NCBI GenBank assembly: GCA_964234715.1
Contig: OZ174277.1
Reading direction: 5' to 3' (one strand)
DNA from: Podarcis melisellensis
Taxonomy: Eukaryota
DNA: 64,000 nt
Shown: positions 25,500 through 38,720 of the stretch, piece after piece
Position numbering within the stretch: position 1 is the first letter of the stretch
Layout: each line of letters begins with the position of its first letter
Program-made: the position numbers and the translations under genes
The notes under the pieces: generated by a model
The model's database searches: none
Seen by the model: the letters and a program-made list of their open reading frames with translations, nothing else
Told to the model about the DNA's origin: nothing

Positions 25500-26250
25500 A
25501 TAGAATCATAGAATTGTAAGAGCTGGAAGGGACCCCAGGGGTTATCTAGTCCAACTAAAGCATCCATGACAGATGGCCATCCAACCTCTGCTTCAAAACC
25601 TCCAGTGGAGAAGAATCCACAACCTCCCAAAGGAGAGTTCCATTGTCAAACAGCCAGTGTGGTGTAGTGGTTAAAAGCGATAGACTCGTAATCTGGGGAA
25701 CCGGGTTTGCATTCCCGCTCCTCCACATGCAGCTGCTGGGTGACCTTGGGCTAGTCACACTTCTTTGAAGTCTCTCAGCCCCACTCACCTCACAGAGTGT
25801 TTGTTGTAGGGGAGGAAGGGAAAGGAGAATGTTAGCCGCTTTGAGACTTCTGAAAGGGAGTGATAAAGCGGGATATCAAATCCAAACTCCTCTTCTTCTT
25901 CTTCCTGTCAGAAAGTTCTTCTGATGTTTAGTCAGAATCTCCTCTCTTGTAAATTGAAGCCATTGGTTTGAGTCCTACTCTCCAGAGCAGGAGAAAACAA
26001 ACTTGTTCCCTCTTCTATGTAACAACCCTTGAGATATTTGAAGATGGCTATCATATCTCCTCTCAGTCTCCTCTGTTCCAGGCTAAATACGGTAAACGCA
26101 GTTCCTTCAACCACTCCTCATAAGGCTTGGCTTCCAGAGCTTTAACCAACTTGGTTGCCCTCTTCTGCACACATTCCAGCTTGTCAACATCCTTCTTAAA
26201 TTGTGGTGCCCAGAATTGAACACAGTATCCCAGGTGTAGTCTGACCAATT
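25500..26250 (-). mobile_element. CR1 LINE 3' part (interrupted by SINE)
   Basis: Encodes [28 protein letters not shown] and [21 protein letters not shown], with an (ATTCTAT)-type tail. Confidence 0.85.
25653..25905 (+). mobile_element. tRNA-derived SINE (Squam-like) nested in a CR1 fragment
   Basis: Head ccagtgtggtgtagtggttaa with a B-box-like ggtttgcattccc and a (CTT)n tail. It splits a minus-strand CR1. Confidence 0.7.
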
Positions 26251-27074
26251 TTTATTTTATTTTTGGGAAAAATGCTATCATTTAGCCAGGTCCTTGACAG
26301 ATAGGCTGATTTAAGCCTCACCCAACTCAGTCCTACACGATTCCTTGTTTATTATTGAATGCAACGGGCTTTACCTTTTTGTAAGTATGCTTAGGATTGC
26401 AGCTTTAATAAATCAGCAATATCACAGAGTCATAACTCAAAGCGTACAATAAAGCAACACATGAGCAAGAAACCGGAAAAAAATCAGGGTTAACTACTTA
26501 GGGATTATGGGCCATGTACTAGAAATTTGACTTGGAAGAAGAAATGTGTTTGAAAAATGTGAACAAAAAGATAATCTTATCCACCAATTTTCAAGTGATG
26601 GGGGCGGGGAGGGCAGGAGAGAGAATCAGTTCACATGATTAACTGTCATAAGCACAGTACATACCATTAGACGTGCCAAAGACCAACTTGAAAGGTTTTT
26701 AAATGTTTCAAGCTGTGCAAGCATGCGTTTCGTCAAAAAGGCAGAACTGATTACCATGATCACAGGCGAAAACCTTAGCTAAACTGAGGGCAGACAATTT
26801 TTGTAAATCGTTATGCTGTGATTATTAGCTATTGAAATAAATGGTTTTGAATGTTTATTAGCTTTAGAATTATTCTTCCCTTCTCATCTCTCTCCGGCGG
26901 GTGACTAGCAAGGATGATCTGCATAGCTGCGGGGATTTTGCTTCTCTCCAGTCATTGCACAGCTGTGATCCAAGCAGCAACAGGGGGACAAAAAAAATTG
27001 GTTCCTGCTAATCTGCCATGATTTTTAAAGAGTTGATAAAGCTTTTTAAAGTTTTGCGTTGATATATTACAATA

Positions 27075-27289
27075 CAGTGATACCTCGGATTAAGAACTTA
27101 ATTCATTCTGGAGGTCCGTTCTTAACCTGAAACTGTTCTTAACCTGAGGTACTACTTTAGCTAATGGGGCCTTCCGTTGCCGCCGCACGATTTCCGTTCT
27201 CATCCTGAAGCAAAGTTTGAAACTTGAGGTACTATTTCTGGGTTAGCGGAGTCTGTAACCTGAAGCGTCTGTAACCCGAGGTACCACTG
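27075..27289 (+). mobile_element. Tc1/mariner MITE, copy 4
   Basis: Same family; TA TSD. Confidence 0.88.
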
Positions 27290-27368
27290 TATATAGTTAA
27301 TATGTTATGGATCACTATTTTACTACTCGCATCAACATCCCTCTCTTTGCAAAATATGCATGCAAACC

Positions 27369-27800
27369 TGTAATGGCTCTAGGGGTTGCTTGTGCATAAG
27401 TTGCCGCCACTCCTGGCTAGGTTACCTGGCTGAACCCTTTCTGTCTGGACAGCCTTTCACTTCGTGGCTGTCTCAGTCGCTGGCAGAATCCGTCAGTGGG
27501 CGTTTCTTGAACTTCTTCCAGCAAAAAAGTTATTTGATGCCAAGTCTCCTCCTACTCTCCCTGCGCGGAAGTCTTCTGTGCAGGGAGGGTGTGGGCAGTG
27601 GAGGACCCGTGCTCTCCCCGCTGGTCTCCGGTGAAGAGTCCTGGAGCCTCTTCTCCGATTCCATCTGCCCCCCTTCTCCACTGGTGTTACGCTGATTTCC
27701 TTCCGCAGCAGATGGGCTGCCTCTCTCCCTACTGGGACCCTCTCCGGCATCCCTCTGGAGCCTTCCCTCCGCCTCTAGCTCCGATGGCAGTTCCCTGACA
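27369..27800 (-). mobile_element. Solo LTR (432 bp)
   Basis: TG...CA termini and a perfect 5-bp TSD AAACC (27364-68 / 27801-05). GC-rich relative to its flanks. Confidence 0.85.
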
Positions 27801-28149
27801 AAACCGTTCAAAACCAATTATGTCCACCCACCTACACAACAGAAACCTGCTTATGCAGTGTTGCTTTTGAATAATAGAATCAGAGAATTGTAGAGGTGGA
27901 AGGGACCCCAAGCATCATCAAGCATCACCCTGGCAATGCAGGAATTGGCTAAAGAATCCCTAACATATGGCCATCCAACCTCTTGTTTAAAAACTTCCCA
28001 TGAGCAAGAGCACACCCATTTCTGAGGTGGTTTCTGGTTTCTCTCCTCCTTCTCCTTGAATCAAAATCTGCTCCAGTGTATCCCTGACCCTCTGGACACT
28101 TGCTCCTGATGTGCTGGCTCTCACCCATAGTACATAATTTAGACATGAC

Positions 28150-29560
28150 AATAAATCAAAACGAAGACACCATAATTGCTGCTGTTGCTTCGAAGTATAA
28201 TGAAAAGCGATGGAGAAGATTACCATTCTGGAGCGGGACTACCGATTTCACCTTCCTCAGGCGATCAAATGGGACTAAAACTTTGGACAACGACATTTTG
28301 AACCAATTTAAAAAATATTATTCCAGTTGATATTCTCCAGCCATGCTGCATTCCACTCAGATTATGGTCTACCTAAACAAAGTAGGGTGAAACAAATATC
28401 AGAAGATCACAGAGTTAACTTAAATAGCCCTTTCTCTACGGAAGAGTTATAGAAAGCAATTGAGAAATGAAAACAAGGGAAATCTTGCTACACAGGAGCC
28501 TTCTATGAAAAAATGTAAAGACGGCACAACCTCATTCTTTCACAATTTATTCAACGCAGTAATGTCAGCAGGATGCAACCCTTCCTTTTGAAAGGAATAC
28601 TGGCATTGAGGGGAAGGAATGGATAAAGATGGTGAACAAGCAGGATCATAATGACCAATTTCACTCAAAAACATAATGCAAAATTATTGTCGAAGAAATT
28701 GGCCATTGGACCCATGGTCAGTCTAGTCTGCTCAATCCGCCAGAGTCTGTCTTTGCATGCAGGGTAAGTCCCTAACTCACTGAGGGTTTGAGACCCATTG
28801 GCTACCCTCCCCTGGTTTAGCCGGCCAGTTGAAGCCATTCCTTGGGTGTGGCCACTGCCATGTACTGACAGCTTCTAAGAGCCACAGGTGCAGGTTTGGA
28901 ACCAAAAGTGGACAGACTACCCCAGAAGGATCATGACATGTCCTCCACCAGAGATATTACCCTCCCCCTAACATCCCATACACCCTAGAACCAGACATAC
29001 AGTGTATAAATACCCCCCAAGAAAACCCATCTTGCAAATTTCTGTGCTGACGATAGGGCAATAATGTCAAGACTTGATCAATCCATTACTAAGCTAATGC
29101 CTAATTCTTGAACAATACAGATCACTTGCAGGTCTCCAAATTAATTCTAATGCATCAGAGGTTCTCTGACTAAACACGATGCCAACAACACAACAGATAA
29201 TTCAGAAGGACTCTGGTCTAAAGATCTTTCGTAAGGCACTGAAATACAATAGAACGGTCAATTCTCAATTCCCTTAATCACACACCATTACTAAAGGAAT
29301 TTTTTAAAAAATAACACTTTCTCCTGAAGAAAATGAAACATGTGATGTCTGGGGAGCCATAAAGATGATGGCACTACCCAAACACACTTTTTATTTCTGA
29401 TCATCCTAATACAAATCCCAGACATTAGATTTTAAAAGGAGTAAGAAATTGTACAGGGACTTATACATAGTGGAGTATTTTCCAACTCAAGCCCTTGCTT
29501 CTCACAATCACATGTACAGCAAACTTTGAGGGACAAGGACTAGGGATGCTTAGGCCTTGG
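28150..29560 (+). mobile_element. Highly degenerate L1/Tx1-like ORF2 relic
   Basis: A-rich sense strand with remnants ILNQFKKYYS, LNSPFSTEE..KAI, MKQGKS and PISL. Many frameshifts. Confidence 0.5.
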
Positions 29561-31134
29561 TTGATATGGCAGATGACAGAAAAGACAGCTGTTTCCTACC
29601 TAGGCTCACTCATTATATTGTCTCTTCCTGTACACCTGGCTTTTGTCCGTTTTCATTTTTTTTAATAAAATAAAAAAAACAGAAGCCTGAAATATTTATT
29701 GCAACAGGACCAAAACTGTGGGCAATATCTATGTAAGAGAGGCTTGCTCTCTGGTTAAATTGCCAAATGAAACGAATAAACACTGTCAGCGTGCCTGTAA
29801 CTGAAAGCAAATCAATTAAAGCCAAATGTCGAGCAAATCACAGCTGTGCATCACGTGCCCAATAACGGGCAAAGAAAAAGAACGCTGAAATCAAATTCGC
29901 AACCTGTACTTGTGGCTATAGATAATAGTGATATAGAGAGGTATATGTACAAAGGCGGGGTACTGTTTATATATTATTTTAATAAGAGCAAGGCTTTTTC
30001 TTCCCCCCACCACCGCCCAATAAAACTGGGAGATTCATCCGGCGTGTAAAACACAACAAAGGCAAAGAGCGGTTAAGGTTCAATGCACATACCAGGTTCC
30101 GATTATGTAAACCTTTCACATGCCATTATTGTGCTTGACTAGCGATGGGCTACCCTCCCTTTGACCTTCTACTTCCTGGCTGTCCTAAGCGGGCAGGAGA
30201 GCTTGCCTTACCCTTCACACGCACAGCCCAAGATGCCTTTCTGTTATCTGATTGTTTCTTTCACCATAAATTGTAGCTGCTCCTTTTTTTCCCTGACTGC
30301 TCCCTTCTCCTCTCTCCCCACCTCTGTCATCACGACGTTTTGACTTTGGATGTGGGCGTGAGCACAAAAGGAATAATCGAGGTCGTGCCCCTGGCGCTCA
30401 AAAGTGTTGCCTCTCCCTCACTGACTGCCAACCCTGGTGCATCCTCCATCTCCTCCTGCTGCTGATAATATTCCTCCCATGACTACAGCCTTCCCAGATG
30501 TTTTCTTATCGTGCTACCGAATCGTACTGTTCCGAGTCGCTTTTCTGAGCAGATGTTCTCAGGGGTACTATGGGGGGGGGGTGTTTTTCCGCCAAAGCCA
30601 CACAGCTTTTTAGCATTGGTTCTCTCCAAAGAGAGAGATTCCCAATTAAAAAGAACAAATCTTGTTTCAGTGTTTCAATCCAGAAGAAGAGCAGGGAGGG
30701 AGGAAGTGCTTACCTCCAAGAGGATTGGGAACCCAGTCCACGCAGCCAATCAAAAGGCAGGACCCCCTGCCTGAAAGACAAGCTGTGCTGCTTGATTGGC
30801 TAATAGCAAAGGGGTATTATGAATAGGGAAGGGCAAATCCATCAATTCCAGGTTTTTCATTTTTCTAATCTTAGTCTTAAATCTTAAATTTTTGTATGCA
30901 TTTTTGACTACTATATACATTTTTGCCAGCAATTCCCCCTAATATAATGCATTTTAACATATTATGTTTGCTAATAAAAGCAGTTATATCTTTGTATACA
31001 TGACTTGGCTGGAGGACTGCATTGCGCAACTCAGAGTAGTGCTCATTTTGCTTTCAGTATTGTTTCAAAAAGTGAGAATTTGGTTAAGTTTATCTTTAAA
31101 TGCAAACTAAATTGAATTTCTTCATGCTCCAGCA

Positions 31135-31286
31135 CCGGGGGCAGAGAGCAGGCGGGGGCAGGGCTGGTGCGCGTCCTGGGGGCGGGGCACCCAGCACGGG
31201 TGGGGGGCGGCAGCCGCGATGGCACCTTGGGGATCGCGCTGCCGGGGGTGATGCGCTCCCCCCGCACTCCTCTTCCTCCGCCAGTG
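31135..31286. repeat. GC-rich, G-run-rich DNA transposon-like fragment
   Basis: Abrupt CpG-rich block ending in cctccgccagtg within AT-rich flanks. Confidence 0.45.
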
Positions 31287-32659
31287 GTAAGGACATCCTT
31301 CAGACACCACCTTAGGAACTGGGCCTTTAGTGTGGTGGCACCAACCCTTTGAAATCCCTTCCTGGTAAATATTAGACGTCTCTGCTGGATTTTTGGGAGC
31401 CTATTGAAGACCTTCCTCTTCCAACAAGCTTTTCCTGTCTGCCTCTGTTTTGCAATTTTTAGATGTTTTACTGCTTGTGTAGATAATTTATTACGGTCAG
31501 AGACCAGCTTAATACTGCTTGTGTATTAGCCAGCCTGGGCTCCTTTAAGAGGAAAGGCAGGGTCTACACTCACTTAGCAACAACATGGAGTGTGACACAG
31601 TGGATGGTAAAAGCATAGTTCACAAAATTGCCTGAAAATGCCTGGCCAGCTTCAAGGTTGAGTGCAGAATATCCCATGAGGGAGTAAGTGGGATAATGTA
31701 TTTGACTCAGAATTAATGTGGAGACTACTTCCTGTTAACTGTCGGAAAGGTTAAAAAAGGGGGAGAACGTGACGTACTGAAGACACTCTTCAAGAGCATC
31801 TCACAGTTGAAATCCTTCCCAGCTCAGTCTAAACAGGGAAAAGAGCAACATAGGCTATTGTGGTTCTGTAAGGAATGAGATACAAAGGGTTTTCAACAAG
31901 CTTAATACATTTTTAAAATGTGTGTCTATCTGTACACACTAGACAGCACCAGGTTGGGGAAGGCCAGTGGAGGGGAATCCTTCAGAAATCATTTCTTCCT
32001 GCTGGTGGAGCAAAACCATCCACTCAAGAGATTCTGTGTAAAAATAAGCAGACATTAAGTGAAAGGATCAAATGAAAGGAACAAACAGGATTACCAAATG
32101 CTGAGCTGCAAAACTATTTCGGGGCAACAATGAGCACTCTGTAAGAGGCCTGCACGTTGAGCAGAAGGCAAAATAGAATAGTGGCCTCCTGTAAACACGA
32201 GAAAATAAGAAACAGAGGAAGAGGGAAATAAAGAACCTTCATGTACCTCTTAATCCTTCCCATATGCTACATACACAAAATGACAACGCTTGTACTTTGC
32301 TTGAATTAATCTGGAATGAAAACTATGCCTGAGACCAAACACGTTAGCTCAGGCTAGAAGCCCCAGCTCACCCATTCATTGACAGTGGCTTAGTCTTTAA
32401 CCCCATAGCTCCTAAAGTGTGTTGTGAGTTGGAGGGAGGGTAGGGGTAGGCTCTTTTAATGGCTGGATCCAGCAAGGATTCAATTGCTGGAATAGCCAGG
32501 CTAACTTCCTGGTAGTTAGGACAAAAGCCCAAGTTGAGTTGTTTGTATGTGAGCTAGAAGCTAGACGCAGGCTGCAGGCTAAAGCTTGTGAGGGAGAGAC
32601 AGGCTTGCTTTTGCCGCAATCCAAGACTGTGGCTATGAGAGAAGCAAAACCATCACTGC

Positions 32660-33125
32660 TTTTTATTTTTATTGATGAAATTTGTATAGTGCCCTTCATC
32701 CAAAGATCTCAGGGCTGTTCACAGCATAAAAATACAAGATAAAACCACAAAATACATAATAAAAACAAGAACAAAACAAATTTATAAACCCACCTGCCCC
32801 CCTCCAAAAACACACTTGAAAGGATATAGGGTGTTAATCAGCCACAGGCCCGCTTGAAGAGGAACATTTTCGCCTGGCACCTAAAGGTATGTAATGAAGG
32901 TGCCAAGTCAGCCTTCCTAGGGAGAGCACTCCACAAATGGGGAGCCACTGCAGAAAAGGCCCATTCTCATGTTGCCATCCTCTCGTGGGGCAGGGGGGGC
33001 ACACAAAGAAGGGCATCTGATGGTGTTTGCAGTGTCTGGGTAGGTTCATATGGGGAGAGGCGATCCTTAAGGTACTGTGGTCCTGAACCGTTCAAGGCTT
33101 TACAGGTCAAAACCAGCACTTTGTG
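32660..33125 (-). mobile_element. Older L2-type LINE 3' fragment
   Basis: Shares the gaaaaggccc, tccttaaggta and ggctttacaggtcaaaaccagcact motifs with the other L2 3' ends. Confidence 0.65.
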
Positions 33126-34643
33126 CTGAAAGGATAATAAACAAAGTCAGGCATTCCTTAGTGCCACCACAAAGAAGGCACTTGACCACAACACCACTAG
33201 AGGTGTCTCCCCCAGGAACTCCCCTAAAGATCATAAGGCACAGGCAAACTGATACCAGGAGAGGCATTCCTTTAAGAATTTAAGTCCTAATCTGTAAAGA
33301 GCCCCTCCTGCCTGGTTTTGCAACATGTCATTAAGGCAATAGTGCTGGATTTGTATGTGCCTATCCCCACATCATTCCACTTTATTAGCTGTTCTGTGTT
33401 GCTTTTCCAATGTTATCACATTGTTGCTGCCTGGAAGGGCACTCTGTAGCACAACAGAAGGCAAAACAAATAAAACAAAACAAACCGGAACATTTCTGGT
33501 ATAAAAAAATGCCAGATTTCAGCAGGACGTTATGGGACGTTTACCATTTGAAAACCAAGCTGTAATGTCTGCCCCAAAACTCTTGCAGGCCCAAATGGTA
33601 TTGAAAGCAGGAAGGCTTATAACTGCACTGACCACCAGGAGCACAGTCATGAATGCACATTAAAAAGGGGCCCTAAATTTATGGAAGATGACAAAGCAGC
33701 AGCACTCAGTTCCACAGGTAAGAGAGCTGGTATAGGATGGGGTCAAATAAGTGGGGACAAAACAGGGATAGGGGCTGGTTTACACCACAGGCAGTGGAAC
33801 TTGTTCGTTGCCTTGAGAATCCCTCCCAGGCCCCATTCCTTCCATTTTCCTTCTTTTAAAATCGTATCACTAGAATTATTGCAGAAGTGGGAGAAATATT
33901 TTAATACAGGGAAATGACTTGTTAATAGACATTCTGGTGTCTAATCCTCAGACTGCCCATTTCACAGGATCTCAAAGTAAATGTCAATGGACCTTATTCC
34001 AAAATAACCACATTAAAACATGGCCTTTGAGACTCCAGTTTGATTTATGAAAGTTACAAAAGGTCCCCCCCCCCCCTTCTAACTAGAGTTAATATATCAG
34101 CATTTGTTTGTTTAAAATAAGAATTCTTGAGGAGTTTCCCTGCGTCCAATAGGTCAATAAAAGTGTGAAAACTGTTTCAAAGACAAGTGTTTTCCATATG
34201 GCCACTTGTTGGTGAACGAATGCTGCACTAGTTTCTGGAACAAAAGGATGGAATGTGAGAAGTCTCCGACAAACCATTGAAAATGTATTGTATGATTTCT
34301 TTTGAGTTATGGAGCTTTGTTTATATTCCCTTTCCCATATACTATGACTCACAGGAAATCACACTCACACTTACACACACAGCCCTCCACAGTGGCTCCA
34401 ACTCAGTTCTGTGGGCAGCCAGTTGCACATTACAGCTCCTGGCCCTAGTTCTCCTTGAGACTGGCCCTTCACCATCTTACAGGATTGAAAAGGGAAGGTG
34501 GAATTGACTCAGCAGGATTTGCTTTGCTCGAGCCCAATTTCCCCCTTTGGGGTTGCTGCCGTGTCTTGTGTGAAAGACCTTCAGGCTGCAACTCGCCATC
34601 CATGCAGCTCTGCGCATATTTACATGGAATCCTACAAACACCA

Positions 34644-34772
34644 NNNNNNNNNNNNNNNNNNNNNNNNNNNNNNNNNNNNNNNNNNNNNNNNNNNNNNNNN
34701 NNNNNNNNNNNNNNNNNNNNNNNNNNNNNNNNNNNNNNNNNNNNNNNNNNNNNNNNNNNNNNNNNNNNNNNN
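34644..34772. other. Assembly gap (N run)
   Basis: 129 N. Confidence 0.99.
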
Positions 34773-36928
34773 AACCACACATTATCAAACAGACACCGTA
34801 TACAAATTGTGCAAAATACGAGCTCAACATAACAAGGTTTGTCCCGGTCAGATCTTTAACTCCAGAGAAAATCAATTTGCATAAATAATACAATACAGCA
34901 CTACCGAATCCCCTATCAATTAAGAACCACTAATTCTCTTTATAATGACCCAGTCAATAACATGTGAATGGTGACAGGCTTTTCACCTCTGCTTTAGATG
35001 AACAGCACATTTTTAATAAGCCTTTCTAGGCACACCACATTAGTCAAGTGTGAAGGTGGCAGTAACCCAATATTGGCAGTAATGCTCCTGAATACCAGTT
35101 GCCGTTAACCTCAGGAGAGGGTTCTTGTGCTGAAGTCCCCATGGGCATCTGGTTGGCCACTGTAAGAACAGGATGCTGGCCTAGACAGGCCATTGGCCGG
35201 GTGCAGAAAGGCTCTGCTATGTTCTTATTGCACAGGCCTCTAAAAAGCCACCTATCAACTCCTGGCTTTGGGCAAACCACCATCTTTCAGCCTACTGTAA
35301 CTGACAGGTAACCTTGTGTATGGTGCACTGCATTATCCTGAGAGGTGTATATAAAAGTGATTTGGTGCACGTAACTCAGTTGCGTTTCACCACTGAAAAG
35401 GGCATGTGGAGTACTCCTCGGCAGAAGGAACGTCATTCTTCACGCACAGCCAATGTATCTTCTCTCCCCCTTTTTTACAATCCTTTTGTTCCTGTAATGA
35501 GCAAGTTGCCGCACACGTCATTTTTTACCTTCCAAAAACGCCACCTTTTCAGTGTTCCTTGCACGGTGAGGACAGATGCTGCCACACAGAGTAAGTGTAT
35601 TGCAATGGAAATGTGAACAAGATACTGCTTTGCCCATATGAAATGCCGTAAATTTTGGGCCAAAGTAAACTTGTCAGAATTACGCCTCTGTAGTTCACAC
35701 CAGGGAGTGGTGCTGCACAGCTGGGGAGCTGAGCTAATAAGTGATGAAAAACAAAACAAGAAAGGAGGGGGGAGGCTATTATGGCAGCACATAAACTGGG
35801 GGAGGGCAATACATCTCCGCCCCACTTTAGTCAAATAAATGGCAAAATGTGGAAGCCATAAACATGAGCTCCCAGAAGTATAAAAATGGGAGCAGGGAGG
35901 GGCTGGACAAGTGCTTACCTCACATGTGTTTTCTGAACTAATCCACATATGAAGGCGATTAAAATGCCTTCAACAAATTGCAGTGATTCTCAAAGTGAGC
36001 ACCGGGCCTCCCTAAGGACGTATGGTTAGTTGCCAAGGAAGGTGTGAGCAAAACGTAGAGAATACAGGCAGAAAGCAGGAGGGAGAAATGTGGACAGGAT
36101 CAGGCTGCATGACATGCAAAAACACCCGCACAGCAAGATTGCAAGCCCTTAAGCATTTGAGTCCTAGTGAGTTCGATGCAGTGCTGGTGAAGTCAAAATG
36201 CCCTCCTTGCCCCACCATTGTGGGTCTCTCCAAAAGCTTACTAGAGAACAGCTGTGGGGGAAGAGAGACTATGGGGACAGGGGGTGAGAAGCCCAGCACC
36301 GAGTAGACTAACAGTAGGCAAAATGGCTGTCGCAGCTGCCACCATCTTCAGAAAGGTACGTATATTTCAGCTGAACTGTAGATGACATATCTGATGTTAA
36401 GAGAAGCCTAGCAAGAGACCCAATTCCTTAGTATGTTAATGGGCTCTCTATCACTTCAAACTCAGGTCTTCAAACCGAGCCTAGACAGCTGTTTGATGGG
36501 TTCCCTGCTGTGAGAAGGGAACGCAGGAAGCTGTCTTACTCTGAATCAGACCATCTAGCTCAGTACTGTCTACACAGACAGGCAGCAACAGGGTCTCTTG
36601 CAGGCCTACCTGCAGACATCAAGGATTGGATCTGGGATCTTCTGCACACAAAGCGGTTGCCCTGTCACTGAGCTATGACCCTTCCCTTCTAGAGGGTTAG
36701 ACTACTAGTTCATTGGTATTCAGCTACTGGGTCATGGCCTGATCTAAGATGGGTTGCAGCAGCAGCAACAGAAATAGATGGTAAGGAATTAATGAATTTC
36801 CAAATGCCAGGCAGGTTCCAGGTTGGAAAAGGTTGAAGACTACTGGACTGGTCCTACAAGGTACCTTCCAGTGCTGTGCCCCTTATGATTAAGTGAAATT
36901 CAACCAAATACTTTCTTACTGCCTATTA

Positions 36929-37282
36929 AGGTAAAGGTAAAGGGACCCCTGACCATTAGGTCCAGTGGTGACCAACTCTGGGGTTGCGTCACTCATCTCA
37001 CTTTATTGGCCGAGGGAGCTGGCGTACAGCTTCCGGGGCATGTGGCCAGCATGACTAAGCCGCTTCTGATGAACCAGAGCAGCGCACGGAAGCACCATTT
37101 ACCTTCCTGCCAGAGCGGTACCTATTCATCTACTTGCACTTTGACATCTTTCAAACTGCTAGGTTGGCAGGAGAAGGAACCGAGCAATGGGAGCTCACCC
37201 CGTTGCGGGGATTTGAACCGCCGACCTTCTGATCGGCAAGTCCTAGGCTCTGTGGTTTAACCCACAGCGCCACCCACATCCC
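36929..37282 (-). mobile_element. Sauria SINE, full length
   Basis: Similar to 4407-4755. TSD TGCCTATTA (36920-28 / 37283-91). Confidence 0.9.
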
Positions 37283-38194
37283 TGCCTATTATCTTACTGC
37301 ATATTATCAATCCACATTGCAACTGCCTTTTTGCTAATGAAAGCAAACATCTCCAGAAGTTCCTTCTACTTTTTCCCACAGAAAAGCTGAAGGTGGCATG
37401 CTGCTTACTGGGAAGACTTTCACAGAAAAATACAAGCCTCCCCCCCCCCCCCCAAAAAAAAACACCCTCAAGTTAAAGCACTGGGACTTGAAAGGAGCAT
37501 GACCCACACAAAGGAGGAATTAAGAGAGTTCTGGAGACAGAAAGGATGGTAGGACTAAATTAAGCAAATAGGGGCTGGTCTACTGCTGGCATTCCCACCC
37601 TTTCCAACACACACCTCCCCTCTGCCACCTTTTCAGACCGCCTCCCCCCCCCCCCCAAAAAAACCCACCCCTTTTCTTCCTTTGCAAGGCCTTTACAGCC
37701 CTATTCTCTGCTTCTCTGTTCAGAAAGAAGTTCCACTGAATCCAGTGGGGGTTATGCCCAAGAAAGTGTGCACACGATCGCCATCTTTATTTGTGTTACC
37801 GTTAATGCGCACGCTGTGCTCAACCCTGGCAATTGCTTTAAGTATGAGGGCTCAACCCTGAATTGTATGTTGATAAGAAAACGAAACGAAACAAAACAAG
37901 GCCCTGGGGAGAGCGCATCCCCCCTCCTCCCATTGCTACCTACAGAGAATCGCATCGCTGACTAGCAGAAACAGCTTACAGATCAGAGAAGCGTTTCCAG
38001 GTATTGCTTAGCAATCAGGTTGCAATCCTATAACGACTCCCTTGGGATACGCCCCGTTGATGTCAATGGGAATTATTGATGTTAAGACTGCACTGTTTAA
38101 AAAAAGGAAAAAGCAACTCTCCCCTGCAGTTCCCCATGTCTCCTCCTAACGTTGAAAAACCACGCGGAGTTAGGCGCATTTCAATCCACGGCTT

Positions 38195-38310
38195 GCAGTG
38201 GGTCCCCAGATGAACTACAACTCCCATCACCCCTAGCTAGCAAGGCCAGGGCTCAGGGATGATGGGAGTTGTAGTCCCAACAACATCTAGGGACCCACAG
38301 GTTGAGGACC
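38195..38310. mobile_element. Short palindromic MITE-like repeat just upstream of the LYPLAL1 promoter
   Basis: Hairpin actacaactcccatca...tgatgggagttgtagt. Relatives occur near 39300, 45360, 52220, 54590 and 58140. Confidence 0.65.
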
Positions 38311-38319
38311 GCTAACCCA

Positions 38320-38720
38320 GCGCTGGACGGAGCTGCGCAGCCTACGCGCCTTCGCTTTTCTTCCCAGCCTCCTCACCCAGAGCGGCAGCCGCGCCTGCGC
38401 TTTTACGCAAAGGGCTTCCTCCTCCAATGGAAGCGCGCGGACTTTCCCTGCGACGCGCCGGCGCTGTGCGCCTTGGCCGCCCCTTTTCTCCGGAGGGTTG
38501 GGACAGCCATGGCGGCTCCAGCGGCGCTGCAGAGGAGCGTGGTGGCCCCCGCGGGGAGACACACGGCTTCCGTCATCTTCCTCCACGGCTCAGGTGGATG
38601 AGTCCGACCGCAGAGCGGTCTGCAGGGGGCGCCACCGCGGAAGCCTCCCCAAGCTTCGCCAATAAGGGAGTGGGCTGGTTGCGGTGCCATTTCACAGCAA
38701 AGGCGCACAGAAAGGGGCGT
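38320..38720 (+). promoter_or_regulatory. CpG island / LYPLAL1 promoter
   Basis: GC- and CpG-rich stretch around exon 1 in otherwise CpG-poor DNA. Contains an NRF1-like GCGCCTGCGC (38391-38400) and a CCAAT near 38424. Confidence 0.75.
38509..38593 (+). CDS. LYPLAL1: Lysophospholipase-like 1, coding exon 1
   Basis: ATG in strong Kozak context (gccATGg) at 38509. Encodes MAAPAALQRSVVAPAGRHTASVIFLHGS(G), the recognisable LYPLAL1 N-terminus with the IFLHGxG motif. GT donor at 38594. Lies in a CpG island. Confidence 0.93.

Noticed and set aside
38302-38508. Upstream in-frame extension of LYPLAL1 in the ORF track
   Set aside because: It starts at a non-ATG codon in promoter/MITE sequence. Homology begins at the Kozak ATG at 38509.
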